Program-made: the position numbers and the translations under genes
Assembly: GCA_963793075.1 (NCBI GenBank)
Contig: CAWBYO010000005.1
Span: forward strand, 648,471 to 712,470
DNA length: 64,000 bases
Reading direction: 5' to 3'
Source of the DNA: an uncultured Alphaproteobacteria bacterium
GTDB lineage: Bacteria > Pseudomonadota > Alphaproteobacteria > Rhizobiales > Methyloligellaceae
Part shown: positions 26,033-36,218 of the stretch, piece by piece
Layout of the letters: every line of letters begins with the position of its first letter
How positions within the stretch are numbered: the stretch's first letter is position 1
Notes under the pieces: model-generated
Told to the model about the DNA's origin: nothing
Seen by the model: only the letters and a program-made list of their open reading frames with translations
Databases searched by the model: none

Positions 26033-26893
26033 TTAGAAGCGGCCTTCGTCGGGAATGTTGAGCCGCGTGCCGCAGGCCTTGCAGAAGATCGCATCCACCT
26101 CATGGCGCTGGAGCCCGCAATCGGGGCAGGGAAAGCGCACCTTGTGGGGACGGAGCAGCGTTTGCAGCAGCCGCAAGAACAGGGTCACGCCGAAGATCAT
26201 GATGACCACGGCGGTGAGCCGGCCGAGCTCGCCGTGAAGGGTGATGTCGCCGAATCCCGTCGTTGTCAGCGCCGTCACGGTGAAATAGAGCGCATCGACA
26301 TAGTTGGCGATGTCTGGGTTTCGCCAGTGCTGCGTCTCGTAGACGAAGCCGGTCATGATGAAGAGGAACACGCCGAGATTGATGACGGCGGTGATGGTCT
26401 CCTCGTTACGGCGGAAGAAGGAGCTGTCGGCGCGCAGCCGCGCGACGAGCTGATAAGTGTGCAGAAGCCGCAGGGTGCGTAAGATCCGCAGGAAGCCGAA
26501 GCCTTCCCCGATGATTGGTGCAAGGAAGGACAAGATCGCTACTACATCGGCCCACGTCGCTGGATGCAAGAATTCGCGCCACGGGTGGCGGCTGGCATAA
26601 ATGCGTGCGCAGAAATCGGCGAGGATGATGATGCCGAAGACGAGGTCGAACCATTCGATCCAGGGCTCGCGCGGGACGAACGACGTACCGATGATGAAGA
26701 GAATGGTCACAATATCGAAGGCCAGCAGCGCGAAGCGGAAGCGATGCGCCGTATGGCTGCGGCCGTTATAGAGCCGGCTTAGGTGCTCGCGAAAAGACCG
26801 CGGCGCGGCCTCCGTCTCTTCCGGCTCGGCGGAAGGCGGGGCCGGCGGTTTCTTGGCCGAGCTGCCGGCCGGCTTGGTCTTCGTAGCGTTCAT
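26033..26893 (-). CDS. Potassium channel / ion transporter family protein with C-terminal Zn-ribbon
   Basis: S4-like LRILRTLRLL, pore DALYFTVTALTTTGFGDI, CPDC...CKAC. Confidence 0.9.
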   Translation of the reverse strand: MNATKTKPAGSSAKKPPAPPSAEPEETEAAPRSFREHLSRLYNGRSHTAHRFRFALLAFDIVTILFIIGTSFVPREPWIEWFDLVFGIIILADFCARIYASRHPWREFLHPATWADVVAILSFLAPIIGEGFGFLRILRTLRLLHTYQLVARLRADSSFFRRNEETITAVINLGVFLFIMTGFVYETQHWRNPDIANYVDALYFTVTALTTTGFGDITLHGELGRLTAVVIMIFGVTLFLRLLQTLLRPHKVRFPCPDCGLQRHEVDAIFCKACGTRLNIPDEGRF

Positions 26894-26943
26894 GTGGCTT
26901 CCGCGCTTGCCTGGTAACCTCTGCCAAATCGAGGAGAACTGAA

Positions 26944-27561
26944 ATGACTGAGCTCACTCTCTATCACGCCGCGCCCTCACGATCGTCGATCGTGCGCTGG
27001 ATGCTGGAAGAACTCGGTGAACCCTACGATATTCACCTGCTAAACCTGACCAAAGGCGAGCAACTCGCACCCGACTATCTTGCCATCAACCCCATGGGCA
27101 AAGTGCCGGCCTTGAAACACGGCGAGGCAATTGTCGCCGAGGCCGCCGCAATCTGCACCTATCTCGCCGACGAATTTCCACAAGCGAAGCTTAACATTCC
27201 GATCGGCGATAGGCGGCGCGGCGAATATCTGAAATGGCTGTTTTTCGGGCCGAGTTGTATCGAGCCCGCCATGATTGATCGCGCGATGCCACGCAGTGAG
27301 CAGCCTCGCCGGGGCACCCTCGGCTATGGCGATTTCGACACGGTGATGGACGTAACCGCGCGCGCGGTGGAGCAGGGGCCTTACCTTATGGGCGAGCAGT
27401 TCACAGCGGCCGACGTGGTCGTGGGCTCGACGCTCCGATGGGGCCTGATGTTCAAGCTCTTGCCCGAGCGCTCCGAGTTCATGCGCTATGTGGGACGGCT
27501 GCAAGAACGGCCGGCGCTACAGCGCGCCATCGCCGCGGACCAGGAACTCATGACGGGCTAA
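26944..27561 (+). CDS. Glutathione S-transferase family protein
   Basis: RWMLEELG, INPMGKVPAL, EAAAIC.YLAD, FTAADV. Confidence 0.92.
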   Translation: MTELTLYHAAPSRSSIVRWMLEELGEPYDIHLLNLTKGEQLAPDYLAINPMGKVPALKHGEAIVAEAAAICTYLADEFPQAKLNIPIGDRRRGEYLKWLFFGPSCIEPAMIDRAMPRSEQPRRGTLGYGDFDTVMDVTARAVEQGPYLMGEQFTAADVVVGSTLRWGLMFKLLPERSEFMRYVGRLQERPALQRAIAADQELMTG

Positions 27562-27980
27562 GTTTTGCTGAACAGCCGCAAAATCAAGGCGGTGCCGAAC
27601 CCCCAGGCGCCATTAACCGAAAGTCCGATCAGGAAGCGCGGCCCCATGGCCTGCATCGGCTCGCCCTTCAGGAGCGGCACCACGAAAAAGGCCACGAGGG
27701 TGAGGGCCACGGCGCCGACCAGGATCCAGGCCACCCAGTAGCTCGTGCCTTGCAGATTCGCGAGCACCGGCGTCAGCGCCAAGCCCCACAGCCCGCCCCA
27801 GAACGCCTTGGACAGCACCGAGGCCACGCCCAGTGGCGGGATCGGATCGAGCGGCCAGGCGGGGCGGGTCGGCGGGATGACGCCGATACGGTTGAATACC
27901 CACCACAGCCCTTGATGGAAGATGAGGGTGGCGAGGAATCCGGCGGCAAATCCGAAGAACAACAGTTTCGCTGACGGCAT
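27558..27980 (-). CDS. Hypothetical four-TM membrane protein
   Basis: [30 protein letters not shown]; GAGGGGGAG RBS. Confidence 0.75.
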   Translation of the reverse strand: MPSAKLLFFGFAAGFLATLIFHQGLWWVFNRIGVIPPTRPAWPLDPIPPLGVASVLSKAFWGGLWGLALTPVLANLQGTSYWVAWILVGAVALTLVAFFVVPLLKGEPMQAMGPRFLIGLSVNGAWGFGTALILRLFSKT

Positions 27981-28051
27981 GGCGGTCTCCCCCTCTTCAC
28001 CGCATGATGCCGCCTCCAGCCCTAAAAGCGCAAGACGAGGAGGCGGGCCAA

Positions 28052-28541
28052 GTGAAAGGCGCGGGACTACTGAGGATTATCTCCGGCGGCCAGACGGGCG
28101 TCGACCGGGCCGCGCTCGATGCCGCCATCGAGATCGGCATCCCCTATGGCGGCTGGTGCCCGAACGGCGGCTGGGCCGAGGACATGGCGGTGCCGCCCGG
28201 CGTGCGCTTGCCCTATCCAGACTTGCGCGAGACGCCCGAGACCGCGCCCGGACCAGCGGACCGCATGGAATGTGCGCGACGCCGACGCGCTCATGGTGCT
28301 GACTGATGCTGGCGGGCTTGCCGTGTCCAAGGGGACGGCACTGGCGCTGCGCTGTGCCGTGGACCGTGGCAAGCCGCATCTCGTCATCGACATGGATGCG
28401 CCCGATGCGCTTGCCCAAGCCAGGACCTGGCTCACGGCGCGGCGAGGGGGTGCGCTATGTATCGCCGGCCCCCGCGACAGCGAGGCGCCGGGCATCTACG
28501 CCAAAGCGTGCGCTTTTCTCAGGGCGCTTCTCAAACACTGA
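28052..28541 (+). CDS. Putative molybdenum carrier / SLOG-superfamily protein; frameshifted
   Basis: [43 protein letters not shown]. Confidence 0.85.
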
Positions 28542-28572
28542 GACGGCGCGGCCGCCCTAGGGGCCTTCCCGA

Positions 28573-29664
28573 CTATTTCGCCTCGGTCTCGGCTTTCCAC
28601 GCAACCCCATTGATTGCCTCGAGGACCAGTTTCTGGGGCGTTCCGGCACGGGTCACATCGGGTGCCGGCAAACTGATGGTGGCGCGCGCGCCCGTCTGCC
28701 CGCTGAAGCCGATTGTCTCGGTTTTGAAGTGCGATGCCCAGACATAGGGATAGACGTTGCGGAAGGACGTCGCGGGAAGGGCGGCGAGCGTCGTCCCGTC
28801 CCACTCGGCCACGGTTGCGCCCGTCGCATCGAGCAGGCGCGCTGCGATAATGTAAGCCGCGCCCGTATCGGGACCAGCGTCGACATAAGCATCGAAACTG
28901 ACGGCGCCGTCCGCCGCGACGGTCACATCGGAGAGCGCAACGTTGTGGCGATGGAAATCGACCCGCGCGTGCTGCGGCGAAACCACCGCGCCGAACAGGA
29001 TCTGGTAGCTGCCGACGGTGAACACGACTGCCACCGCGGCGAGGAATAGGGCGGCCGCCCTGAGGCTCCCCTCGGGTAGCGGTCCGCTGAATATCCAGGC
29101 CGACCAGTCATTGCGTGCCGCCCAGCCGCTGCGGCCGATCAGGCTGTCGAGCGACCAGGTGCCGCCGCCGGCGAGAAACACCGCGCTGCTCATCGCCAAG
29201 CCGGACACGGCCATCGTCCATTCGTCGAGACAGGTGGAGCCCATCCATCCGAAGATCAGCATCAGAGAAACATTGAGGCCGATGCAGACCAGGGCGGCGA
29301 GACGCGTCGCCAGGCCGAAGATCAGTGCGAGGCCGACGACGAGCTCGACGAGCGTCCACAGCCAGACCGAGGCGATAATGAGGTCGGGAAATTGCATTGA
29401 CCATTCCAGCGGCCCTTGAATCCACACCGTGCCGGGTAGGGCATGGGACAGCTTGTTGGCGACGAAGCCGGCCGAATCGAAGTCGAGCTTGACGGGGACA
29501 TCGACGCCGTTGACCTCACGAAAATTGTACAGCAACCGCCGGCTCGCCCCGCCCCAGAAGATGAATCCCTGGACGAAACGGGTGCCGAGTAGGACCAGAG
29601 CCAGCAGCGAAAAGCAGGAGGCCGGCGTAAGGGCCGTCCGTTCGATCGGGGTTGCGTCAGCCAT
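28573..29664 (-). CDS. Fused DoxD-DoxA protein (thiosulfate:quinone oxidoreductase TQO-like)
   Basis: RFVQGFIFWGGASRR, FGWMGSTCLDEWTM, WSLD, then soluble YVDAGPDTGAAY DoxA-like domain. Confidence 0.78.
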   Translation of the reverse strand: MADATPIERTALTPASCFSLLALVLLGTRFVQGFIFWGGASRRLLYNFREVNGVDVPVKLDFDSAGFVANKLSHALPGTVWIQGPLEWSMQFPDLIIASVWLWTLVELVVGLALIFGLATRLAALVCIGLNVSLMLIFGWMGSTCLDEWTMAVSGLAMSSAVFLAGGGTWSLDSLIGRSGWAARNDWSAWIFSGPLPEGSLRAAALFLAAVAVVFTVGSYQILFGAVVSPQHARVDFHRHNVALSDVTVAADGAVSFDAYVDAGPDTGAAYIIAARLLDATGATVAEWDGTTLAALPATSFRNVYPYVWASHFKTETIGFSGQTGARATISLPAPDVTRAGTPQKLVLEAINGVAWKAETEAK

Positions 29665-29699
29665 GAGTGCCTCCAGGCGGTGTCTTCAGGGTTGTAGTC

Positions 29700-30299
29700 T
29701 CACGAAGGAATGTCGGACTCGCGCGGCACCACCACGGCGAACATATCGCCCAACGCCGACAGGCTGGCATCCTGCAACTGCGCCGCCGGCATGTCTGCGC
29801 CGGTCGCCGGATTGGGGATCGCGCGCGTCGCCGTCGCCCCGGCGACCACAGTGTTGGCATAGCCGCGATTGAACGAGGCGCGGGTGGTCGAGTTGACGCA
29901 CATATGCGTCATGAAGCCGGCATAGACGATGTTCTCGACCCCATGCTTCTTGAGCTCGGCGTCGAGCTCGGTCTGCTCGAAAGCGGAAGGAAATGTTTTG
30001 ACGATGACGGTCTCGCCGTCGATAGGCGCCACCAAATCGGCGATCTGGCCGATGGGCGCCGAGATGTCGTAAGGGGTGCCGGCGCCCGCGTCATGCATGA
30101 TGTGAATGACTGGCCGACCGGCGTCGCGGAAACGTTTGAGAAGGGCGGCGGCTTCCAGTAAGGCCGGCTCGACATTCTCCAGCTGCATCACGCCCTCGCG
30201 ATAGGTCTGCTGGCAGTCGATCAGCACGAGCGCGCTGTCGGAGATCGGCGCCGGGTTCGGGTCCATGCCCGTCAGCGTGCGAAGGGTGGGGTTGGTCAT
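29700..30299 (-). CDS. Cysteine hydrolase / isochorismatase family protein
   Basis: ALVLIDCQ, VIVKTFPSAF, GFMTHMCV (Asp-Lys-Cys triad); GAGGAGG RBS. Confidence 0.9.
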   Translation of the reverse strand: MTNPTLRTLTGMDPNPAPISDSALVLIDCQQTYREGVMQLENVEPALLEAAALLKRFRDAGRPVIHIMHDAGAGTPYDISAPIGQIADLVAPIDGETVIVKTFPSAFEQTELDAELKKHGVENIVYAGFMTHMCVNSTTRASFNRGYANTVVAGATATRAIPNPATGADMPAAQLQDASLSALGDMFAVVVPRESDIPS

Positions 30300-30475
30300 G
30301 GTTTCCTCCTCGAATGTTGTGAGCGGTCGTGCTGTCTGAGCTGTCCTCCGAGAGTTTAGCGCAATCCCGGGCTTTCGGCGGCCTCCGGCGGTTGCCACCA
30401 ATGCCCGTCGGACATAGCCTCCATACCGCCGGTCCTATCCGGCCTGACGCTTGATCGACGGAGCGGGAGGAGGCC

Positions 30476-30931
30476 ATGAACCATCCGTTGTATTACGGCG
30501 CGGCAGGCGCAGTCTTTGCGCTCGTGCTCAGCTTTGCGGCTGCTCCCGCGGGCGCTTTCGGCGCGTGGGTCGTAGGCGAGGAGGCCGACAATTGCACCAA
30601 TGACGACGGCGCCTTCAACGAGGCGGCCTTCGTCCTGGTCACCAAACCGCAAGCCGGCGACCGGGTCGAGAGCGGGTTTGCCGTGGCCGGGTGCTCGCGC
30701 AGTTTCGAGGGCAGCGTCCAGTGGAAACTCATCGCCCGCGACGGCGCGGAGCTGGCCAGCGGCAACACCCAGGGCGGGGGCGTCGACGGTCCGGCCGCGT
30801 TCGCCTTCACCGTGGCTTTCACCGTGGACGGGCGGCAGATCGGCCATCTCGAGGTGTTCGAAGAGGACGTGTCCGACGGCGAGGGCTTTCCGCCAGGCCG
30901 GACCGTCTTGCCGCTCGTGCTCAATCCGTAA
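30476..30931 (+). CDS. Exported protein with Gmad2-like Ig domain
   Basis: Signal peptide; V..P..GDRV.S.F.V.G.SR.FEG.V.W pattern. Confidence 0.7.
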   Translation: MNHPLYYGAAGAVFALVLSFAAAPAGAFGAWVVGEEADNCTNDDGAFNEAAFVLVTKPQAGDRVESGFAVAGCSRSFEGSVQWKLIARDGAELASGNTQGGGVDGPAAFAFTVAFTVDGRQIGHLEVFEEDVSDGEGFPPGRTVLPLVLNP

Positions 30932-30954
30932 CCGCACTGTTTGGAGTGGCCGAA

Positions 30955-31671
30955 ATGAAACCGGTTCTTATCGTTCAGAACGACGCCAAGGAGGGCGCCG
31001 GCCAGTTGTCGACCCTGATCGCCGGGCGGGGGCTGGAGCAGCAAACGGTGTTTGGCTATGACGCGGAGTATGACCGGCTCAGCCCGGACGATTATAGCGC
31101 GCTCGTGGTGCTCGGCGGCGCCCAGAGCGCCTATGAGACCGACGAATATCCCTACCTCACGCGCGAGATGGCGCTCTGTCAGGACTTCATGCAGGCTGAG
31201 AAGCCGATCGCCGGGTTTTGTTTGGGCGCGCAGATCCTGGCGCGTGCGCTTGGCGGTGAAGTCATGCCGGGTGCCCACAAGGAGATCGGCTGGTACGACC
31301 TCGTCCTGAGCGAAGCCGCGGCGGACGACGCGATCCTGGAGGACCATCCCAAGACGCTGCTCGCCTACCACTTCCACGGCGACCGCATCGGGGACGTGCC
31401 GGACGCGGTCAATCTGGCCTCGTCTGACCTCACGTCATGCCAGCTGTTTCGCTATGGCGACAATGTCTACGGTTTCCAGTATCACGCCGAGGTGGACCCG
31501 CCTTTGGTCGAAGTGATGTGCCGCAACAATGCCGACTACCTGGCGTCCAACGGTTTCGATGCCGAAGCCATCATCGCCCAGAGCGGCGCAGCGCTGCCCG
31601 CCTTCACGCAGGCGTGCAAGGGTGCGCTCAACCGTTGGCTGGATCTCGTCACCGGCCGCGACTTCACATAG
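30955..31671 (+). CDS. Class I glutamine amidotransferase-like protein
   Basis: LVVLGG, GFCLGAQ nucleophile elbow, GFQYHAE. Confidence 0.9.
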   Translation: MKPVLIVQNDAKEGAGQLSTLIAGRGLEQQTVFGYDAEYDRLSPDDYSALVVLGGAQSAYETDEYPYLTREMALCQDFMQAEKPIAGFCLGAQILARALGGEVMPGAHKEIGWYDLVLSEAAADDAILEDHPKTLLAYHFHGDRIGDVPDAVNLASSDLTSCQLFRYGDNVYGFQYHAEVDPPLVEVMCRNNADYLASNGFDAEAIIAQSGAALPAFTQACKGALNRWLDLVTGRDFT

Positions 31672-31686
31672 CGGCCTACGGCGCGA

Positions 31687-31908
31687 TCAGCGCGGGCAGA
31701 CCATCTTCCAGCGACCGAAGACGCCTTGTTTCCAGAAACAGTTGGGTCTGATCGGCGGGCCCCACGCCTCGGCAAAAGCGGGCTCATCAACGTCCCAGCT
31801 GACCCAAACGCAGCGCTCTTCGCCGCACAGCCACTCGGCCTTGGCCGGTGTCCCGACGAACAGGAGTACAGCGGCGAGCGCCGACCCCGCCAATAACGTT
31901 CTGATCAT
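31687..31908 (-). CDS. Small exported hypothetical protein (4 Cys)
   Basis: GGGGGAG RBS, signal peptide ending AKA, W/C-rich mature part. Confidence 0.65.
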   Translation of the reverse strand: MIRTLLAGSALAAVLLFVGTPAKAEWLCGEERCVWVSWDVDEPAFAEAWGPPIRPNCFWKQGVFGRWKMVCPR

Positions 31909-32051
31909 GCTTGAACTCCCCCAACTATGACGCTGTTACCGAGACGCGATCTAAGCCGGGCGTGGCGCTAAAGTCCATGGCAAACGGGGCACCGGAATAG
32001 GCCGAGACTCATGTTAGACTTAAGTCAGAGAAAACACTGGAGGGGGGAATC

Positions 32052-32315
32052 ATGCTGACAGCACTTATCATCGCGCTTGTGGTCGGGGCCATCGCAGGGT
32101 GGCTCGCCGGCCTTGTGGTGCAAGGGACCGGCTTCGGCCTCATCGGCGACATCGTCGTGGGCATTCTCGGGGCGCTGCTTGCGGGCTTTCTGTTTCCCAT
32201 GTTCGGCATCGCCCTCACGCTGGGTGGCGGACTGCTGGGCGCGATCATCCTCGCCTTCCTCGGCGCCGTGATCCTGCTGGTAATCGTCAAGGTGATCAAA
32301 GGGATCGCCGCCTAG
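32052..32315 (+). CDS. GlsB/YeaQ/YmgE family (transglycosylase-associated) membrane protein
   Basis: GAIAGWLAG..GFGLIGDIVVGILGA..GAVILL. Confidence 0.9.
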   Translation: MLTALIIALVVGAIAGWLAGLVVQGTGFGLIGDIVVGILGALLAGFLFPMFGIALTLGGGLLGAIILAFLGAVILLVIVKVIKGIAA

Positions 32316-32384
32316 GCGAGGGGCTTCGCCTCTTTCGCTTGGTCGTTGTCGCGCTGAGCGCGCAATTCCGCGCGGGCCGGCCGC

Positions 32385-32918
32385 TTATGCCGTCGGGTCG
32401 TAATAGAAGAGGTGGTGGCCGATACGGCCGGCCAGCACCAGGACGCGCGACCAGTGCGGGCTGACATAGTCGGCGTGATAATGGGTGGCGTAGCGCACGA
32501 GGCGCGTAGAGCCGTCATCCACATGGCTGGCGAGTAGCCACGCGGCATGGATCAGGATCACGCCCCACTCGGCATGCTCCCTGATCGAGTCGGGCTTGCC
32601 GTCGCACGCGAAGGAGAACTGGCAGCGGTTGTGCTTGTTCTTGTTCTGGTAGACGACGTCGCAGACGGTATCCGGATAGGCCTTGCTCTTGACCCGGTTC
32701 AGGATCACTTGGCCCACCGCCAGCTGACCGCGAAGGGGCTCGCCACGGGCTTCAAAATAAATCCCGCGGGCAAGGCAATCCAGCTCCCGGGCACTGTCCG
32801 ATTCAGGCGAGGTGTTTTCCGGCATCTCGCCAGTCATTCCCGCCTGTGCCGGCTGAATTAGCGCAATAAGCCCCAAGACTACAAGGCACGCACGGGTACG
32901 TATTCCCCCAAACCCCAT
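32385..32918 (-). CDS. Cell wall hydrolase (SleB / Hydrolase_2)
   Basis: CLARGIYFEARGE, VILNRV, CQFSFACDG, ATHYHADYV.P.W, IGHH.FY. Confidence 0.92.
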   Translation of the reverse strand: MGFGGIRTRACLVVLGLIALIQPAQAGMTGEMPENTSPESDSARELDCLARGIYFEARGEPLRGQLAVGQVILNRVKSKAYPDTVCDVVYQNKNKHNRCQFSFACDGKPDSIREHAEWGVILIHAAWLLASHVDDGSTRLVRYATHYHADYVSPHWSRVLVLAGRIGHHLFYYDPTA

Positions 32919-33193
32919 CGATACGCCTCACTCTATTATTGCTTAACACCGGTTGCCCCGGCGCCCGCTGAGCTAATGCTGGGCAAATCTGTCCTGAGCG
33001 GGGGCATCTTGTGGCGAAACTTTGGAGGCGCCATCAAAGGGTGTGTCATGATGTTGCACGGACACTGGGCGGGAGAGGAAATGGCCGGAAAGCGCCAATT
33101 TTAAATCACCAGCCGGCGGGGTCTTGCAATTAACCGCGCCGCCAATATCTCTATGCAATGATCTGCCGAACCCATTGGACGGGGAGAGCTACG

Positions 33194-33379
33194 ATGAAAT
33201 GGCTGGTGATCGCCTTGGCGCCGCTCGCGTTGGCCGGTTGCGTGACCGAACAGGCGCCCGTTCTTCCCATGACTCTCGGTCCCAGCGAAGCCGCCCAGGC
33301 GTCATGCCTGCAATACGGCGATGCGCCCACCTTCGGCGATTGCAAGGCGCCGGGTACGGCCTCCCTTTCCCAAGAGTAG
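33194..33379 (+). CDS. Small lipoprotein
   Basis: MKWLVIALAPLALAGC lipobox; GGGGAGAG RBS. Confidence 0.65.
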   Translation: MKWLVIALAPLALAGCVTEQAPVLPMTLGPSEAAQASCLQYGDAPTFGDCKAPGTASLSQE

Positions 33380-33392
33380 ACCCGCTACCAGT

Positions 33393-34364
33393 TCAGTCCG
33401 CCGGCCCCAGACCGGGGTTGTGCGACACGTCGAAAACCGTGAGCCGCGCCGCCAATCCGTCTGGAATGGGTCCGCTCAGCCGGTTGTGATCCAGCCGCAG
33501 GACTTGAAGCGAGGTGGCCTCAGTGAGACTGTCTGGGATCGGGCCGGAGAGCTTGTTGCGATTGAGCCGCAAATCCGTGAGCGTCTGCAGCCGGCCGATG
33601 TTTTCGGGGATCGGCCCGGTGAGCGCGTTGTCGGCGAGAAGCAGCGAATGAAGCTGCGCGGCATCCGTCAGCGACGAGGGGAGCGAGCCGGTCAGCTTAT
33701 TGTCGTGCAGGAAGACCTGCTCGAGGCTTGGCTGGCGGAATAATTCTGCCGGCAGGACGCCTGAGATATTGTTGTCCTCGGCGCGGAAGATCTTCAGCTT
33801 CGGCGTATCCCAGACCGTAGGCAGCGAACCCGACAATCTGTTTGCATGGACGTCGAGATATTCGAGCTCGGGCAGCACGGCGACCGAGTCCGGAATTCGC
33901 CCCGTCAGCCTGTTTCCCTTCAGCCAGAGATTTTTCAATGCGCGGCACTGCCCAAGCGCGTCGGGCAGGGGGCCTGAGATCTTGTTGAAGGAGAGATGCA
34001 GCGTGTGCAGCCGCGCCAATTGGCAGATCGCCGGCGATAGTCTCCCGTCCAGATTATTGTCGTAGATCGTCAGCCGGACCACGCGGCCGTCTGCATCTGT
34101 CTCCACGCCGTGCCAATCGCCCACCGGCCGGTCGCTTCCCCAGAAGTCGCGCTGGATCCAATCCGGCCCGCCGAGACCCTCATAGACGGTCATCAAGGCC
34201 TGCCGCTCGCGGTCGCGCACAGCAGGGTCCTTGGGCTCGGGCAGGGATGCGGCCGCCTCGTCGCCTGTGGCTTCAGCCGCCCGCAGAGGCTGACCCGCTA
34301 GGCAAAGCAGCGCGGCCATGGCGAGCAGCCCCGGCAGCACGTATCGCGCCGAAACCCACATCAC
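33393..34364 (-). CDS. Exported leucine-rich repeat protein (plant-specific-type LRRs)
   Basis: Signal peptide, cap ALM..Y..LGG..W...W.GV, repeated 24-aa LxxLxLxxNxLxGxIP units. Confidence 0.9.
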   Translation of the reverse strand: MMWVSARYVLPGLLAMAALLCLAGQPLRAAEATGDEAAASLPEPKDPAVRDRERQALMTVYEGLGGPDWIQRDFWGSDRPVGDWHGVETDADGRVVRLTIYDNNLDGRLSPAICQLARLHTLHLSFNKISGPLPDALGQCRALKNLWLKGNRLTGRIPDSVAVLPELEYLDVHANRLSGSLPTVWDTPKLKIFRAEDNNISGVLPAELFRQPSLEQVFLHDNKLTGSLPSSLTDAAQLHSLLLADNALTGPIPENIGRLQTLTDLRLNRNKLSGPIPDSLTEATSLQVLRLDHNRLSGPIPDGLAARLTVFDVSHNPGLGPAD

Positions 34365-35458
34365 GACGCTTCGCCGGAGGTTTGGGGATCAGCCTCTTGA
34401 GCATGGACGGTGTTGCCCGAGGAAATATCCCACACGGCGATGAACATGGCGGCGATGAGCGGGCCGATGACGAAACCGTTCAAGCCGAAGATGGCGATGC
34501 CGCCCAGCGTGGAGATCAGCACGACATAGTCCGGCATGCGGGTGTCCTTGCCGACCAGGTAGGGCCGCATCACATTGTCGACGAGGCCGATCACGCCGGC
34601 GCCGAACGCGATCAGCACGACGCCTTGCCATACCGCGCCCGTGGCCAGGAGGTAGAGCGCCACCGGCAGCCAGACCACAGCGGCGCCGACGGCAGGCAGC
34701 AGGGCAAGAAACGCCATCACCACGCCCCACAGCACCGCCGCATGGATGCCGAGCAGCCAGAAGATCAACCCGCCGAGCGCGCCTTGCGCGAGGGCCACCA
34801 GGATTGTGCCCTTGACCATGGCGCGAATGACGATGGCAAACTTGTCGAACAGTGCGCGCTTTTGCTCGGGCGCAAGCGGCACCGCGGCCTTGATGCGCTG
34901 GGACAGCCCACCGCCGTCACGCAACAAGAAGTAGAGCAGGTAGAGCATGATGAAGAGGCTGATGATGAAGTTTGCCGTGCCTTGGCCGACGACCACGGCC
35001 TGGGTGGCGAAGAACTGAGAGCCTTCCTTGAGCAGCGCCGTCAGGCCTTTCTGGATGTCTCCCACATCGGCTACCCCGAGCCGGCGAAGAATGCCGGTGG
35101 CCGAGGTGGGCAGAGCGTTCAGAATCTCCTGGAGGAAATTGCCGAAATTTAGCTCGCCCGACTGCACCTCCTCGTAGAGGTTGCTCGCCTCGTTGGCCAA
35201 GGACGCGGCCGTCAACGCCAAAGGCAGAAGAACGATGGTCACGATGATCAGCAGCGTCGCCAGGGCTGCCAGGTTACGCCGTTCCGGCATCGCGGCCCGA
35301 ATGCGCCGATGCACCGGGGCAAACACTGTCGCCAGAATGACCGCCCACAGGATCGCCCCGTAGAACGGCCACAGGATCCAGGCGAAGGCCATTGAGACCG
35401 CGACGATCAGCACGAGAAGGGCCTTGTCCTGCAGGGGGCTTTTGCTGTCTTTGCTCAT
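34361..35458 (-). CDS. AI-2E family transporter
   Basis: WILWPFYGAILWA, YFLLRDG, VALAQG, DNVMRP.LVG, GFVIGP. Confidence 0.9.
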   Translation of the reverse strand: MSKDSKSPLQDKALLVLIVAVSMAFAWILWPFYGAILWAVILATVFAPVHRRIRAAMPERRNLAALATLLIIVTIVLLPLALTAASLANEASNLYEEVQSGELNFGNFLQEILNALPTSATGILRRLGVADVGDIQKGLTALLKEGSQFFATQAVVVGQGTANFIISLFIMLYLLYFLLRDGGGLSQRIKAAVPLAPEQKRALFDKFAIVIRAMVKGTILVALAQGALGGLIFWLLGIHAAVLWGVVMAFLALLPAVGAAVVWLPVALYLLATGAVWQGVVLIAFGAGVIGLVDNVMRPYLVGKDTRMPDYVVLISTLGGIAIFGLNGFVIGPLIAAMFIAVWDISSGNTVHAQEADPQTSGEAS

Positions 35459-35632
35459 GCCTGTCTTCGGTCCTGTTCTTCGCGTGGCGCGGCTCGCGGG
35501 GCGATCATAACGGTGGCGCGGCGGGCGCGAGCGAGAAAGTTTTCTGACACGCGGAATGGGGCGATTGCCATCGAAACCCTGCCAAAGCTGCCATGTTGCG
35601 GTTGAGGCCGGTTCGGACGACACTCGGCGGCC

Positions 35633-36211
35633 ATGAGCGAACCGATAAGCAAACCGACCCATACCGTCCGCAACAGCCTGGCTGACAAAGAGCGGATCTT
35701 CGCGCTCGGGCCCGACGAACTGCGCTGGACCGAGGCCGGGGGAGCGGGGCAGTTCGCCTATGCCGACATTCGCGACATGCGCCTGATCGCCTATAGCTCG
35801 CCCATCGGTGAGACCTTCCAGTGCACCTTGCGCGGCCGCAGCGGCGGCAAGGTCAAGCTCCGTTCGGCGCATTACCGGAGCCTCAACAATTTCGAGGATC
35901 GCACCCCCACCTACGCGCCCTTCGTAACCGAGCTCGCACGCCGCATCGCCGCGGCGTCCCCGCAGGCCAAATTCATCGCCGGCAGCACGGCGCTGTGGAT
36001 CGTCTGGCTCATCATCGGCCTGTTGTGCTTGGGCGTCCTCCTCCTGCTGATCTTGTCGTTGTTCGAGGGCCTGCCGCCCGCCGGCGCCTGGGTTATTGCC
36101 CTTGTCGTCTGTATCGCCGCCGTGCCGCTGATCCGGCACCGCATTCGTGAAGGCAGCGCGCGTGAGTTCGATCCTGCCGCACCCCCGCCTGAACTGATCG
36201 GCCGGAGCTGA
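35633..36211 (+). CDS. Hypothetical membrane protein
   Basis: Intact ORF with a soluble N-domain and two C-terminal TM segments. Confidence 0.7.
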   Translation: MSEPISKPTHTVRNSLADKERIFALGPDELRWTEAGGAGQFAYADIRDMRLIAYSSPIGETFQCTLRGRSGGKVKLRSAHYRSLNNFEDRTPTYAPFVTELARRIAAASPQAKFIAGSTALWIVWLIIGLLCLGVLLLLILSLFEGLPPAGAWVIALVVCIAAVPLIRHRIREGSAREFDPAAPPPELIGRS

Positions 36212-36218
36212 GCGAGCC

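Noticed and set aside
30340-30460. Possible guanidine-I (ykkC) riboswitch upstream of the isochorismatase (GAAAGCCCGGGA on the minus strand)
   Set aside because: Only the 3' tail resembles the motif; the CUAGGGUUCCG and GGUCCGAG cores are absent and the segment lies upstream of the likely -10 box.
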